Below, one piece after another: positions 11,930-23,918 of a DNA stretch of 64,000 bases (positions within the stretch are counted from its first letter, which is position 1; every line of letters begins with the position of its first letter). Both the position numbers and the translations under genes were made by a program. This DNA is from Eledone cirrhosa (lineage: Eukaryota). The stretch is from the NCBI GenBank assembly GCA_964016885.1, contig OZ024740.1, positions 182,962,001 to 183,026,000 of the forward strand, in the 5' to 3' direction. The notes below the pieces were generated by a model. The model did not search any database. It saw only the letters and a program-made list of their open reading frames with translations, and was not told the DNA's origin.

Positions 11930-14227
11930 GTTAGTCGTTAGTGGTATATCAGTAAGCAAGAGATGGAATGAGACATACAGGAAGGTGTGGAGAAGAAAGG
12001 TCTGGAAGCTAAAAGACCTTTCACTAAAATACAAATTTAGGAAAGCCCTTCAAGATGTGTATGACGAAAAAGAAGACAATTTAGAATCATATGACATAGA
12101 TAATAACAGGAATTTCTTACGTGACAACTTACTACAGGCTACTGATTAAACTTATGGCTGGAGCAGAGCTCCAAGCAGACAGAGAGTGACCTGGTGGTGG
12201 AACAGCACAGTAGGGACAAAAGACTAGCATGGAAGGCTTGGAAAAAGCGTGGGAGTAGAGAAGGATATACAGCCGCTAAGAGAGAAGCTAGAATGTCAGG
12301 TGTACTTAGCACGCAGGGAGGCTGAGAGTAGGAGGTTTGCCAATGTTCTACGACGGTAAGATCAGAAGCGTGCGGTGTTCCACATTGCAAGGCAGTGTGT
12401 CAATGCAAATCAGCATGTTGCTGGAGATAAATGTGTCCGGAGTGATGCCGGTGTACTTAGTATCACGAATGATCAGAAAAAGGAGGCCTGGAAATGTCAT
12501 TTTGAGAGACTCATGAATGTGGAGAACGAATGGGAGAGAGAGAAATTACCCTCAGTAGATCCGATAGAGGGACCAGCTATTGAGATTTACAAATATAGGG
12601 TCCAAGAGACGATTAAGGAAATGAAAAATGGTAAGGCTGCTGGACCGTCGGGGATAGTTGCTGATATGCTGAAGGCATCAGGGGATGTAGGCACTAAACT
12701 GGTTGCACGCATCATCAATCAGGCTATATATGGTGGTGTCATACCCAAAGACTGGTGCAGCAGTATTCTCATAAATTGCTACAAAGGTAAAGGGGATGCT
12801 CTAGACAGGAGCAATTATAGGGGTATAAAACTAATGGATCAGGTTATGAAAGTGGCAGAAAGGATATTAGCACAACTAATTAGAGAAAGGGTCAAACTAG
12901 ATGAGATGCAGTTTGGTGAGACAATTACAAGAGAGGTTCTTAGAGAAAAATAAGCCACTATACTTAGCCTTTGTTGACCTAGAGAAGGCCTTTGATAAGG
13001 TACCGATCTGTCATCTGGTGGTCCCTAAGGAAACTAGGTGTTGAGGAATGGCTTGTGAGGACAGTGAAAAGTTTGTACAGAGGTGCTGTCAGTAAAGTCA
13101 GGATAGGAATGGAGTTTAGTGAGGAATTCCAGATACAAGTAGGAGTACATCAAGGTTCGGTCCTCAGCCCGCTCTTCTTCATTATAGTCCTCCAAGCCAT
13201 AACAGAGGAGTTTAAGACTGGCTGTCCATGGGAACTTCTCTATGCTGACGATCTGGTTCTTATAGCAGAATCAGTAGAGGAGCTAGAGAATAAATTCTGG
13301 CTATGGAAACAGCAGTTGGAATCAAGAGGACTGAGAGTGAACCTAGCTAAGAGAAAAATGTTGATGAGTAGAAAAGAGGACAAAACTCTGATTCCTTCAG
13401 GGATATGGCGATGTTTGATATGCAGAAAAGGAACTAGCATAAATTCTATAAACTGCACACAATGCAGATCATGGGTACACAAGAGATGTAGTGGAATAGC
13501 AGGCAAACTAACAGGTAGGGAGAAATACGTATGCAGTAGATGTACAGGGAAATTAGACAGTAGAAGTCGCATTGATAGACACATTTTTACAAATGCAGGC
13601 GGGTGCTATAGAAGTGGTGGATAGCTTCCGGCACCTAGGAGATCAGATTAGCATGAGAGGGGGTGTTCCAAAGCCATAGTATCTAGAATAAGGACGGGGT
13701 TGGAAGAAGTTTAGGGAGTTGCTTCCTCTGCTGATGAAGAAGGGTTTCTCCCTGCCTACGAAAGGCCGGTTATATGATGCCTGTGTGAGGAGCGCGATGC
13801 TGCATGGTAGTGAGACATGGGCAGCAACTGCAGAGGATATGCAATGGCTGGAGAGAAATGAGGCAAGCATGCTCCGTTGGATGTGCAATGTCAATATGCG
13901 TGAATGACCCAGCATGGATGTGTTGAGAGAGAAACTCTCTTTGAGAGGGATAGAATGTAGTGTGCGAGAGAAGATACTGAGGTGGTATGGACATATGATG
14001 CGCATGGTTGATGACCGATGGGTGACGAAGTGCCAGGAAATGTCAGTTGAAGGAAGACATGGTAGAGGTAGACCACAGAAAACATGTGCGGAGGTGGTGA
14101 GAACAGACCACAGATCGCTGAAGCTCATGGTGGAGATGACGAAGGACCGTGATGTGTGGAGAGATGCTGTGCCACCCTTGCAAGCAGGGAAAAGTGGACA
14201 TAAAATGATGGTGATGATGATGATGAT
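11930..14227 (+). mobile_element. RTE-clade LINE, 5'-truncated, decayed RT
   Basis: KAAGPSGI, KGKGD..NYRGIKL, AFVDLEKAFD, GVHQGSVLSP, LYADDL, a Cys-rich CxxC..HKRC..CxxC insert, MLHGSETW and LRWYGH. Has stops/frameshifts and an (ATG)n tail. Confidence 0.92.
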
Positions 14228-14247
14228 ATATTTATATATATATATAT

Positions 14248-15218
14248 CAGAGCCATCCTTAGCATTCTCGTGTAGCACCCATCCACCATCTGAGTGAGTT
14301 TCTTGGTCAGTGTTGAAGTCTCAGACCCGTACAGTAGCACAGACTCCACTGCAGCAATGAAGAGATGGATCTTCAGGCCTTTACGAATGTCCGACTTCCA
14401 CGCTGATCACAAACTGTGGCACGTCACCCAGGTTTTGCTCTTCCTCTCGACCACATCAACTTTTGTATTCCCAATCTTTGTTCCCAGATACAGGAAATCC
14501 TCAACCAATTCTAGCTGCATCCCACCTACATTAGTAATCTTCTCTGGCTTCTTAATATTCTCTACCATATACTTCATCTTAATCTTATTCATTCTCTGCC
14601 CCACACACATCAACACAGTTTCCACCTCCTGCATCAACTCCTCTGCCTTCTTCACTGTGTTTGTCACAAGAACTATGTCGTCAGCAACTTCAGCATCTGA
14701 TATATTTTTTGCCTTAACTCTCCTGCTCTGAACCAGTGTTACAGTAAAGCAAGAGTCCTGGTGTTTCTCCAGTGCAAGGCGCATACAATAGTCCACCGCG
14801 ATGATAAAAAGGTACGGAGCCAATGTATCTCCCTGGAGCCTCCAGCCAGTATCTCATAGAACTCGTGATCCCATCAGGTGTAATGACTTGGGCTTTGGTG
14901 TTGGTGTAAAGCAGTGATATCAGGTCCACTATCTTCTTGGGGATTCCATAAGCCTGTAAGATCTTCATTAGGCAGTGACGGTCCACAGAATCAAAGTATA
15001 CACTGAGGATGAAGAACTCAGATCTGTACGGGAGTCTCCCAACGTCAGCTCGAAAGTAGCACAGAGGAGAGTGAGGTTAGTTGGACATGCTCACCGACAT
15101 CCAGAGTTGACATTACGCCTCAGTGCTCCTGTGGGAGTCCCTGCATGGTAGCAATGTTGAGGGACAGAGACCGTTGGAGAGAACTCGTCCATGGATCTCG
15201 GGAATTTTACCCGCCCTA
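14248..15218. mobile_element. RTE-clade LINE with 5' inversion (14248-~14995 on minus, ~15000-15218 on plus)
   Basis: Minus strand: YGIPKK, APYLFII, ADDIVL, DFLYLG, VLLYGSET..RMLRMAL. Plus strand continues with DLYGS, RRVRLVGHAHRHPEL, RDRDRWRE*. (TA)n on both sides. Confidence 0.8.
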
Positions 15219-15227
15219 GATATATAT

Positions 15228-16243
15228 ATCATCATCATCATCACCGTTTTACGTCCGTTCTTCCATCTAGTATGGGTTAGACGGGTTGTCCTGTTGTGGG
15301 CAGTGCCAGGTCGGGTGACCTTGTCTTGCTCATATGGAAACTGATTTTGGCTTGATTTTTACTGCTGGATGCCCTTCCTAACACCAATCTCATTTACAGT
15401 GAGTGCTGGGTGCTTTTTTACGGTGGCGCATACACGACCACTTTACAGTGTGAGCTGGGTGCTCTTTTGTCATGACACCTCTACGACCACTTTGCAGTGG
15501 GTGGGGGCATATTGTCTATATGCATCAGCTTCGGCTTGTATCCATGGGAAGTTGAGCCTATTGTACTGCGTGACACCAGATGTCACGGTCCTGTGTCATC
15601 GCCTTTGAGAGGTGCAATTGGGTAAGGACAGCTCTTATCACTTCATCCCAGGTCTTCTTGGGTCTCCCCACTCTAAGGCTTCCATCGACTTTTACTGCCC
15701 TGCACCTTTTTATGCAGCTGTCATCCTTCATATGCATCACATGTCCATACCAACGCAACCTCTCTCCTGCACACAGCATTTGATTCATTTTATGCTCAGT
15801 CTCCCTCTCAATTAGTATATGCTTTGCTGTTCATGTATTACGCATCCATCGGAGCATGCAAACTTCGTTTCTTTCTAAACTACGCAAGTCTACTACACAG
15901 CACACCCAGGTCTCACTACCATGTAACATTTCTGTTCATATGCATGCATCATACAATCTGCCTTTCATTTTGAGGGAAAAGCCTTTTGCAGCTAGCAGTG
16001 ACCGTAGTTCCCTGAACTTTTTCCATCCCATTCTTACCCTGTTTACTGTACTTTCAGCAGACCCACTTCCGCTGCTAATTTGGTCACCTAGGTAGTAAAA
16101 GCTGTCTACTGTTTCTACAGAGTACTCTCAGAGTTTGGTAGTGCTTGTTTCCTGTGGCGGTTTGCTGCTTTCTGTCCCAGTGCAGTTGCTACATGTAAAG
16201 CCTACATTCTTAACTAAGCTTCCTCAGATACCATTACATCTCT

Positions 16244-16250
<7 letters not shown>
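15228..16250 (-). mobile_element. RTE-clade LINE 3' fragment with 3' UTR and (ATG)n tail
   Basis: Minus strand HKRCNGI, SFYYLGD, GWKKFREL, MLHGSETW, RLRWYGHVM, GRPKKTW. Confidence 0.88.
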
Positions 16251-16283
<33 letters not shown>

Positions 16284-16608
16284 ATTGGTGTTGGATGCAT
16301 AAAGCGTCCGTATGCGGTAGGCCGTATGAGCACTTGATGCTCTCATAGAGCAGAGTATGATATCACAGAAAAAGAGGGAATCAGTGTTGCGACGAATGGA
16401 ATTTATTGACATATTACAATCGTTTCTCTGGCGACCAGCTCGAGGCACAATCGATGTGATGATCGAACCTGACTCTGAAAATCGCAAGGTCCCCAGAGTC
16501 ATGTTCGATCATCACATCGATCGTGCCTCGAGCTGGTCGCGAGAGAAACGATTGTAATATGTCCAATAAATTCCATTCGTCGCAACACTGATTCTGTTTT
16601 TTCTGTGG

Positions 16609-16612
<4 letters not shown>
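16284..16612. mobile_element. Fold-back (inverted-repeat) pLTR fragment, ~117-bp arms
   Basis: Arms 16361-16477 and 16494-16612. Homologous to 9985-10180 (gaacctgactctg; gagcac..gatgctc..agagca). Flanked by (TA)n. Confidence 0.75.
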
Positions 16613-16639
<27 letters not shown>

Positions 16640-16865
16640 AGTGGAGGCTTAGTAAAATCGAATCTTTGACTGTGGACAAGCAAAGTCGACCTACAATATG
16701 AATGAGTTAGCAAAGCACTCAATAAGGGTAGGTCCTTAGAGTAATAACATACGTTTAAATAGCTTGACAGATTGAACCTTGTGGTAGGCAAAACATAACA
16801 CACAATACCAAAGTAATGAAAAAACTAACAGGTTGAAAGATACACCTGGACAAATCAAACGTTAT

Positions 16866-16970
16866 ACGTTTAAAGTGTTTCTATGAATCCGAAATCAAAT
16901 ATCCGACTTACGTAACAGGCACGTTCGTGGTATTCCATGATCGAATAGAGGACTCATTTCATCAACAAGG
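16866..16970 (-). ncRNA. Degenerate hammerhead-like motif
   Basis: TTGATGA-a ATGAGTCC..GGATTCAT a-GAAA. Stem II base pairs, but stems I and III are poor. Confidence 0.3.
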
Positions 16971-16989
16971 ATTTCGTTCTGCCCAAGTA

Positions 16990-18300
16990 AAAATCGTCGT
17001 GGATGTAAGGCTTAAAGAGCAGAGAAGTTCAAGGTGGTTGAGTCATCGTAGGAATGTCAATCCAGTTACAGAGCAGATGTGATTTCAGGTGAGGACAACA
17101 TCTGAAGATCTTGGTCTTGGAGTTCAGGCAAGTTGAAGTGGCTTTCAAATTTTGTAGAATTCGAAATTTTTTACTTACTGCCTCTTTTAAACCTTATCAT
17201 AAACCTAACGAAAATCTAAGATATATGCACAAAGAGTCTTGCCATCCCCCTATAGTTTAAAAAAATGTATTCCCAATATTAGCCGTAGGATTTCTACCTT
17301 ATCTTCGTTTCTAGACATTTTTAACAAAGTCACCTCTTATTATAATAAAGCCCTTAATAACAGCTGCTTTACAGAACATATTAAATATTTACCTACTCCT
17401 CCCCATAAAACTAATCAGGAAAAGGAAAATTATTTGGTTTACACCCCCTTCTCTCTAACTGTCAAAACTAATGTAGAAAGGAAATTCCTTGACATGTTAG
17501 ACAAACATTTTGCCCCTAATCATAGATATTTTAAGATATTTAATAGAAATGTAGTTAAAATCAGTTACTCTTGCTGCCCATCAATGAAGTCTAAAATCAC
17601 CAATTCTAATCGTACGAGAATAAATCCAGGATGCAGATGCAGGAATCCGGATGAATGCCCATTACAGGGCAAATGTAATACCAGATCCGTTGTATATGAG
17701 GTCAAAGTGACACATTTGATTAACAACCAGCCAGCCAGGAGTGAACGATATGTTGGCATGACTCAGGACACGTTCAAAAGCAGGTTTTATGCTCATCTCG
17801 CTTCTTTTAAACACTCTGATAAAAGAACAGCAACGGCTCTCGCAAATAAGGTGTGGGAATTCAAAGATAAAAACATCCCGTACTCTATCGATTGGTCTAT
17901 TTTAGACCATTCGAAGGAATACCAAAGGGGCACAAAGAATTATTCTTTGTATACCACTGAAAAATTTAGAATTCTACAAAATTTGAAAGCCACTTCAACT
18001 TTCCTGAACTCCAAGACCGAGTTCTTCAGATGTTGTCCTCACCTGAAATCAAATCTGCTCTGTAACTGGATTGACATTCTTACGATGACTCAACCACCTT
18101 GAACTTTTTCTCTGCTCTTTACGCCTTACATCCACTACGATTTTTATTACTCTCTGAACTCACTTTCTGTACCCTTATATTCTTTTTCTCCCTTATCTCC
18201 CCTTATATTCAAACTTTTCCCTGTTATTTATTTTCTTTATTCCCCTTACTTTCTACCTTACCGTTTACATACCGACCTTTTTTATTTATAGGTATTTATT
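16990..18300 (+). mobile_element. Penelope-like retroelement (Naiad-like), 5'-truncated, with upstream inverted copy of its 3' end
   Basis: ORF 17239-18102 has the RT thumb and GIY-YIG (CRCRNPDECPLQGKC..VVYEVKV..YVGMT..FKSRF..H..CCPH). 16990-17175(-) duplicates ~17960-18148. Confidence 0.88.
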
Positions 18301-18403
18301 TCTGTGTGTATGTATGTATTCTGTATATGTGTATATATGTATATATATATGTATCTATATATGTGTATATACTTATATATATGTGTATGTATATGTATGT
18401 GCA

Positions 18404-18654
18404 GTGCCTTTGCTCACTATAAAAGCTTCATGGCACAGGCATTGCTTTATATCTGGAGATCTCTCTGCACTTGTCGTCACATGGTACCATGGGCCCAGCA
18501 CTATGTGTCAATAATTATCACAAGTGTAGTGTTTGTACCAAAGTTTTCAAGTCGCTGGCTGGACTAAAAAGTCACACTCGTTCAGCGCATCGGTAGGGGG
18601 TTCTCTTACATGGATATAAAGTAGTGGCCGTACTCGGAAACGAGTTGGCAGCCA

Positions 18655-18657
<3 letters not shown>
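18404..18657 (+). mobile_element. RTE-derived non-autonomous retroposon, 5'-truncated copy
   Basis: Same family as 1912-2154. Encodes CSVCTKVFKSLAGLKSHTRSAHR*. Confidence 0.75.
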
Positions 18658-18716
<59 letters not shown>

Positions 18717-18858
18717 CATTTTATTATCGTGGTAATGTAACTTTTTGTATATATGTGTGTGTGTATATTAGTGTTTGTGTGTATATATATATATATATTT
18801 ATATATATATAATAGCCGTCGAAACGGCTTGAGCTCTACCATCGGGGTCATACGTTTT

Positions 18859-18905
<47 letters not shown>

Positions 18906-19132
18906 ATGGTGTGTGTGTATGTTTATATGTGTACGTATATGCATAATTACATACAGAGTGATTTAGTGTTTATTTTCATTTATTATTTGCTCCAGGATAT
19001 TATTGAGTGCTCTAAATCTGGTATAAACATTTATACATTTATCTATTTATTTATTTATTATTTGTCGTATTCCCAACTATTTGTTACCCCTTCCACCTTT
19101 TCATTTATATATATATATAATATTTATGTATT

Positions 19133-19235
<103 letters not shown>

Positions 19236-19279
19236 AAGTTAAATAAAAGTCAAATGATTAAAATTTAGCTTCGTTTATT

Positions 19280-19334
19280 ACTGCTATATATATTTCAGTG
19301 ACAGCCATCTTTGGCTGTGACCTCTTCAGGCAGT
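19280..19334 (-). ncRNA. Minimal type I hammerhead ribozyme (left-arm copy)
   Basis: Reverse complement of 19563-19617. Confidence 0.85.
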
Positions 19335-19562
19335 TTGAATTAGTATGGTATAGACAAGTACATATGTTGTTTAGGTGTATAATATTTCAATACTCTGATA
19401 TGCCCACTTCCTTGTTGGGTTGTTATTTCAATGAGGAACTGAAGTCATATGACTCCAGTTCCTCATTGAAATAACAACCCAACAAGAAAGTGGGCATATC
19501 AGAGTATTGAAATATTATACACCTAAACAACATATGTACTTGTCTATACCATACTAATTCAA

Positions 19563-19617
19563 ACTGCCTGAAGAGGTCACAGCCAAAGATGGCTGTCACT
19601 GAAATATATATAGCAGT
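19563..19617 (+). ncRNA. Minimal type I hammerhead ribozyme (right-arm copy)
   Basis: ACTGC-CTGAAGA-ggtcACAGCCA aaga TGGCTGTcact-GAAA-tatata-TA-GCAGT. Intact core with a palindromic stem III loop. Confidence 0.85.
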
Positions 19618-19758
19618 AATAAACGAAGGTAAATTTTAATCATTTGACTTTTATTTAACTTTATTTTATACTACTCCGGAGTAACCAAACCAACCTGCGC
19701 ACACTGTCGAGTGCTCCAGCCTGCATACTGGGTGTTGGTATACAACCAACATAAACTC

Positions 19759-19879
<121 letters not shown>

Positions 19880-19923
19880 GTAAGTATGTATGTATACGTA
19901 CATACATATATGTATACAGTAGC

Positions 19924-19980
<57 letters not shown>

Positions 19981-20161
19981 CTTACATTTAAGTAAGTGCC
20001 GTACTAAGAGTGAGAAATGAAATTTCGTTTCATTCTATTCCATTTATCGTCTTCGGTGCACCTGGCCGACTGAACTCACTCGATATGCAAATTAGGAGAG
20101 TATATACTTTCATAAGGAGAGTATATACTTTCGAACGTTCAACCATCTGGTAGAAAGGTAT

Positions 20162-20204
20162 ACGGTGCTGACGATAGCTAACAAGCTTGAAACTAGTACA
20201 TCGT
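20162..20204 (+). ncRNA. Minimal type I hammerhead ribozyme, intact
   Basis: acggtg-CTGACGA-t agct aaca agct t-GAAA-ctag-TA-catcgt. Predicted cleavage after 20198. Confidence 0.9.
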
Positions 20205-20354
20205 TCCTGTGTCAGTGTTGAACAAAAAGGTGACGTGGTTGCCTGAACACTGTACGGCGTAAATCAGGCTGTCGTTTGTTTACAAACGAACAAAGCGAAC
20301 ATTATAATAAATGTTCGGTAAACTGATACGTACATATATATATATGTGTGCCTG

Positions 20355-20397
<43 letters not shown>

Positions 20398-20630
20398 GCT
20401 ACTGTACGTCTGTATACATATCTGTATGTGCGTATACATACATACTTACATTTAAGTAAATGCCGTACTAAGAGTGAGAAATGAAATTTCGTTTCATTCT
20501 ATTCCATTTATCGTTTTCGGTGCGCCTGGCCGACTGAACTCACTCGATATGCAAATAAGGCTGCTCAGCCGTTAATTTTCATAAGGAAAGTATATACTTT
20601 CGAACGTTCAACCATCTGGCAGAAAGGTAT

Positions 20631-20673
20631 ACGGTGCTGACGATAGTTAACAAGCTTGAAACTAGTACATCGT
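20631..20673 (+). ncRNA. Minimal type I hammerhead ribozyme, intact
   Basis: As above, with a U-G wobble in stem II (agtt/agct). Predicted cleavage after 20667. Confidence 0.88.
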
Positions 20674-20821
20674 TCCTGTGTCAGTGTTGAACAAAAAGGT
20701 GACGTGGTTGCCTGAACACTGTACGGCGTAAAGCAGGCTGTCCGTTTGTTTACAAACGAAACAAAGTGAACATTAAATAAATGTTCGGTAAACTGATACG
20801 TACATATATATATATGTATGC

Positions 20822-20925
<104 letters not shown>

Positions 20926-21053
20926 GCTACTGTACGTCTGTATACATATATGTATGTACGCATACATACATACTTACATTTAAGTAAGTGCCGTACTAAG
21001 AGTGAGAAATGAAATTTTGTTTCATTCTATTCCATATATATATATATATATAT

Positions 21054-21250
21054 ATAGGAACCAGTAAGACCCCGACAGCTGATCTCAAGCCGTTTCGACG
21101 GCTAATTCTGGAGTCCAGAATTAGCCGTCGAAACGGCTTGAGCTCAGCTGTCGGGGTCTTACTGGTTCCTATTACACACTCTACTACCCCAAGTATTGAG
21201 TACTTTGGTGCGTTATGGTCCACCCGGTTCCTTACCACATTTCCTTCGTT
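21054..21250 (+). mobile_element. pLTR-like end with fold-back palindrome (21054-21172)
   Basis: 59-bp arms around 21113. Partial relatives at 18812-18862 and 9700-9786. Flanked by (TA)n. Confidence 0.65.
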
Positions 21251-21600
21251 ATATATATATATATATATATAAATATGTATATGTGTGTGTGTATGTATAT
21301 ATTTATATTTATGTATGTGTATATGTATGTATTGCTTACCACGTGCGTTTGTTTATTTATTTTTATTTGTGTCCTTTCTTGTATCGCTGTCAACTTAATA
21401 ATAAGTTTTATTTTCTTAATTCTTATTTTTTATATTTTTATTTGTATGTGACGGCCTATTGCATTATATGGTTGTTCATTGTTTTTTTATTTTTTCTTAT
21501 AATTAATTGTGTGTGTGCGTATGTAGGTGTATATATATCTATATATGTGTCTGCGTATGTATGTGTGTATATATGTGTGTATGTTTGTATATTATGGAAA

Positions 21601-22002
21601 GATGACCCCTTAACCTTTGTCAAGGCAGAATTCTAGGAGAAGGAAAACTCTGATATAACACCTACAACCCTGATGGTATCCAATGATGTTGACTTGTTCT
21701 TCTTTTTGGTAAATATCATATTGGTTAAGAGAGTGGGACTGGCTTTGTGTACTGCCTTTGCTCACTATAAAAGGTTCACGGCACAGGCATTGCTTTATAT
21801 CTGGAGATCTTTTTGCACTTGTCGTCACATGGTACCATGGGGCCAGCACTATGTGTCAGTAATTGTCACAATTGTAGTCTTTGTACCAGAGTTTTCAAGT
21901 CGCTGGCTGGACTAAAAAGTCACTTGTTCAGCACATCGGTAGGGGTTCTCCTACTTGGATATAAAGTAGTGGCCGTACTCGAAAACGAGTTGGCAGCCAC
22001 CA
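21601..22002 (+). mobile_element. RTE-derived non-autonomous retroposon
   Basis: Longer copy of the 1912-2154 family, containing ctaggagaaggaaaactctga. Confidence 0.78.
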
Positions 22003-22259
22003 TGTATGTATACATATATATATATATATATGTATATATATATGTGTGTTTGTGTTTGTGTATTTATGTGTATATATGTGTGTGTACATATATATATATA
22101 CGTATATGTGTGTATGTATATGTGTGTGTGTGTGTGCATGTGTTTTTATCTACTTTTATATTTATTCTTTTTCCTTTCCTTCTTCCTTCTCTAGCCTCAC
22201 TTTCATATATATTATATTTTTGTTTTAAAATCCACTGTCAATAAATACACCAGGATTTG

Positions 22260-22317
22260 TTCATTCTGATGACTGAAAGCAAATTTGTTTGCTTTCAAGA
22301 AACCACTGGTAAATGAA
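22260..22317 (+). ncRNA. Type I hammerhead ribozyme
   Basis: TTCATT-CTGATGA-c TGAAAGCAAA tttg TTTGCTTTCA a-GAAA-CC act GG-TA-AATGAA. All three stems pair. Confidence 0.9.
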
Positions 22318-22687
22318 ATAATTATCTTATGTTGTTTATAACATAACTATATATATATATATATAGACAATCAAGGAAAACAGTGCTTCATCTGTTGGGA
22401 GAGAGCTTATTCAGTTTAAAGAAAGCTTCATACACACAATATATACATACTACCAATGGTTTAGGGGGTCCAGTTCTGGCCACCACTGTATAATGGAGGA
22501 GGCACTTTTAATCTGGCCCTTCGTTCAGGCACATGGACGAAAATATATCTATATAGGTGATGGTGGTGGTAGTAGCAAGATAATGATTAGTTCTAGTCAC
22601 AATCCCTAGGGAAAATTAACTGGAGACAGAATTCTAGTTCTGGCCTAAAACAACATATATACATATAATTGTGCAAATACATACACG

Positions 22688-22723
<36 letters not shown>

Positions 22724-22994
22724 CAGAGAGAGAGTAAGTGTGTGTGTGTGAGAGAGAGAGAGAGAGTGAGTGTGTGATAGTTAGAATCTGATTGCTGTTA
22801 TTTTTGCAGAGTTTTATTTCACAAGACACTTTTTCTTCCTTTGATTGTTTTATAGGAACAGGTAAGATATTTTTCATCATTTGTATCTGTATGGCTATTT
22901 TACTACTATACATTCATTTTCCAAAGAATTTTCATTAACCTTGAAGAGGCTGAATTTTTTAATGATTTGCTTCCCTTGACACTGTATTATGTAT

Positions 22995-23175
22995 TTGGCA
23001 GTATTGGTAGAGGGTCGGACGCCATGCTTTCCAGCATAGTTACGTCCCTTTACGATCTGAGTTCAAATCCCGCCGAGGTTGACTTTGCCTTTCATCCTTA
23101 CGGGGTCGATAAAATAAAGTACCAGTAATGCACTGGATAATTGCTGGCCTTGTGCCTAAAGTAGAAACAATTATG
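22995..23175 (+). mobile_element. tRNA-derived SINE with Meta-like central domain
   Basis: A-box-like tggcagtattggtag, B-box gagttcaaatccc, and gcctttcatccttacggggtcgataaaataaagtaccag. Confidence 0.75.
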
Positions 23176-23918
23176 TATTAAGGGGAGATAACTCTACTGG
23201 TGACTTCTGTCGCCCACAGCACCAACAGGATTAATTGCTATCATTTATGTGCAATGAATTGGTTATACTTCTACAATACACAATATATTTTGACAATTTT
23301 GAGGTTGAGAACCACTGGTAGTTAAAATTGTTAAAAAAAAGCTAAATTTGTCTCAGATCTCACCATAAAAGGAAGGAAATATACACTAGATAATATAACT
23401 ATAGATATGCTGGGTGACTAAAAGCTAGGATGGTCACAGCTGTAACATCATCAATCATAGGTTTGCTAGATCAGGACTGAACCAAAACTAAACAACTTTT
23501 ATAAATCTGAGGTATTTTAAAGTGGAGACAGATTTGTTAGATTCAGAGTAAACCTTCTGGAAATATTTGTAGAAGAAATTTTAAAGATAAATAAATAACT
23601 AAATGTTAGTATGTTAGTTAGTTAAAGTCTGTTCCAAGTCACATAAGGCCAGTGCTTATTTCTTCAAGTTAGGCAAATGTGAGTACAAGACTCTCCCTGG
23701 TTAGGAAGCCATTCTCTCACCATGTACACTCTAAGAAACAAATGGTAATGGAGAAATTGTTATTGTTGTTTAGCTATAATTTATCTCTGAGTTGACCTAT
23801 GATCAAAGGCATTCAACCTTGTTCATGATGGTAGCATTTGAAACATGATAGATTTGGCTGTTATTTCTAGCTGATCTGACAAACATTTATTCGTTGCCTA
23901 GCTTATTTTATACTGTAG

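Noticed and set aside
17620-18060. Selenocysteine (in-frame UGA) use, reported for some Naiad PLEs
   Set aside because: The conserved Cys positions are TGC/TGT or decayed to other residues. No in-frame TGA in either copy and no SECIS recognised.
21119-21150. Hammerhead in the 21054-21172 palindrome (GAAAC present)
   Set aside because: No CUGANGA and no correctly placed UH. The GAAA lies in a simple hairpin (agccgt cgaa acggct).
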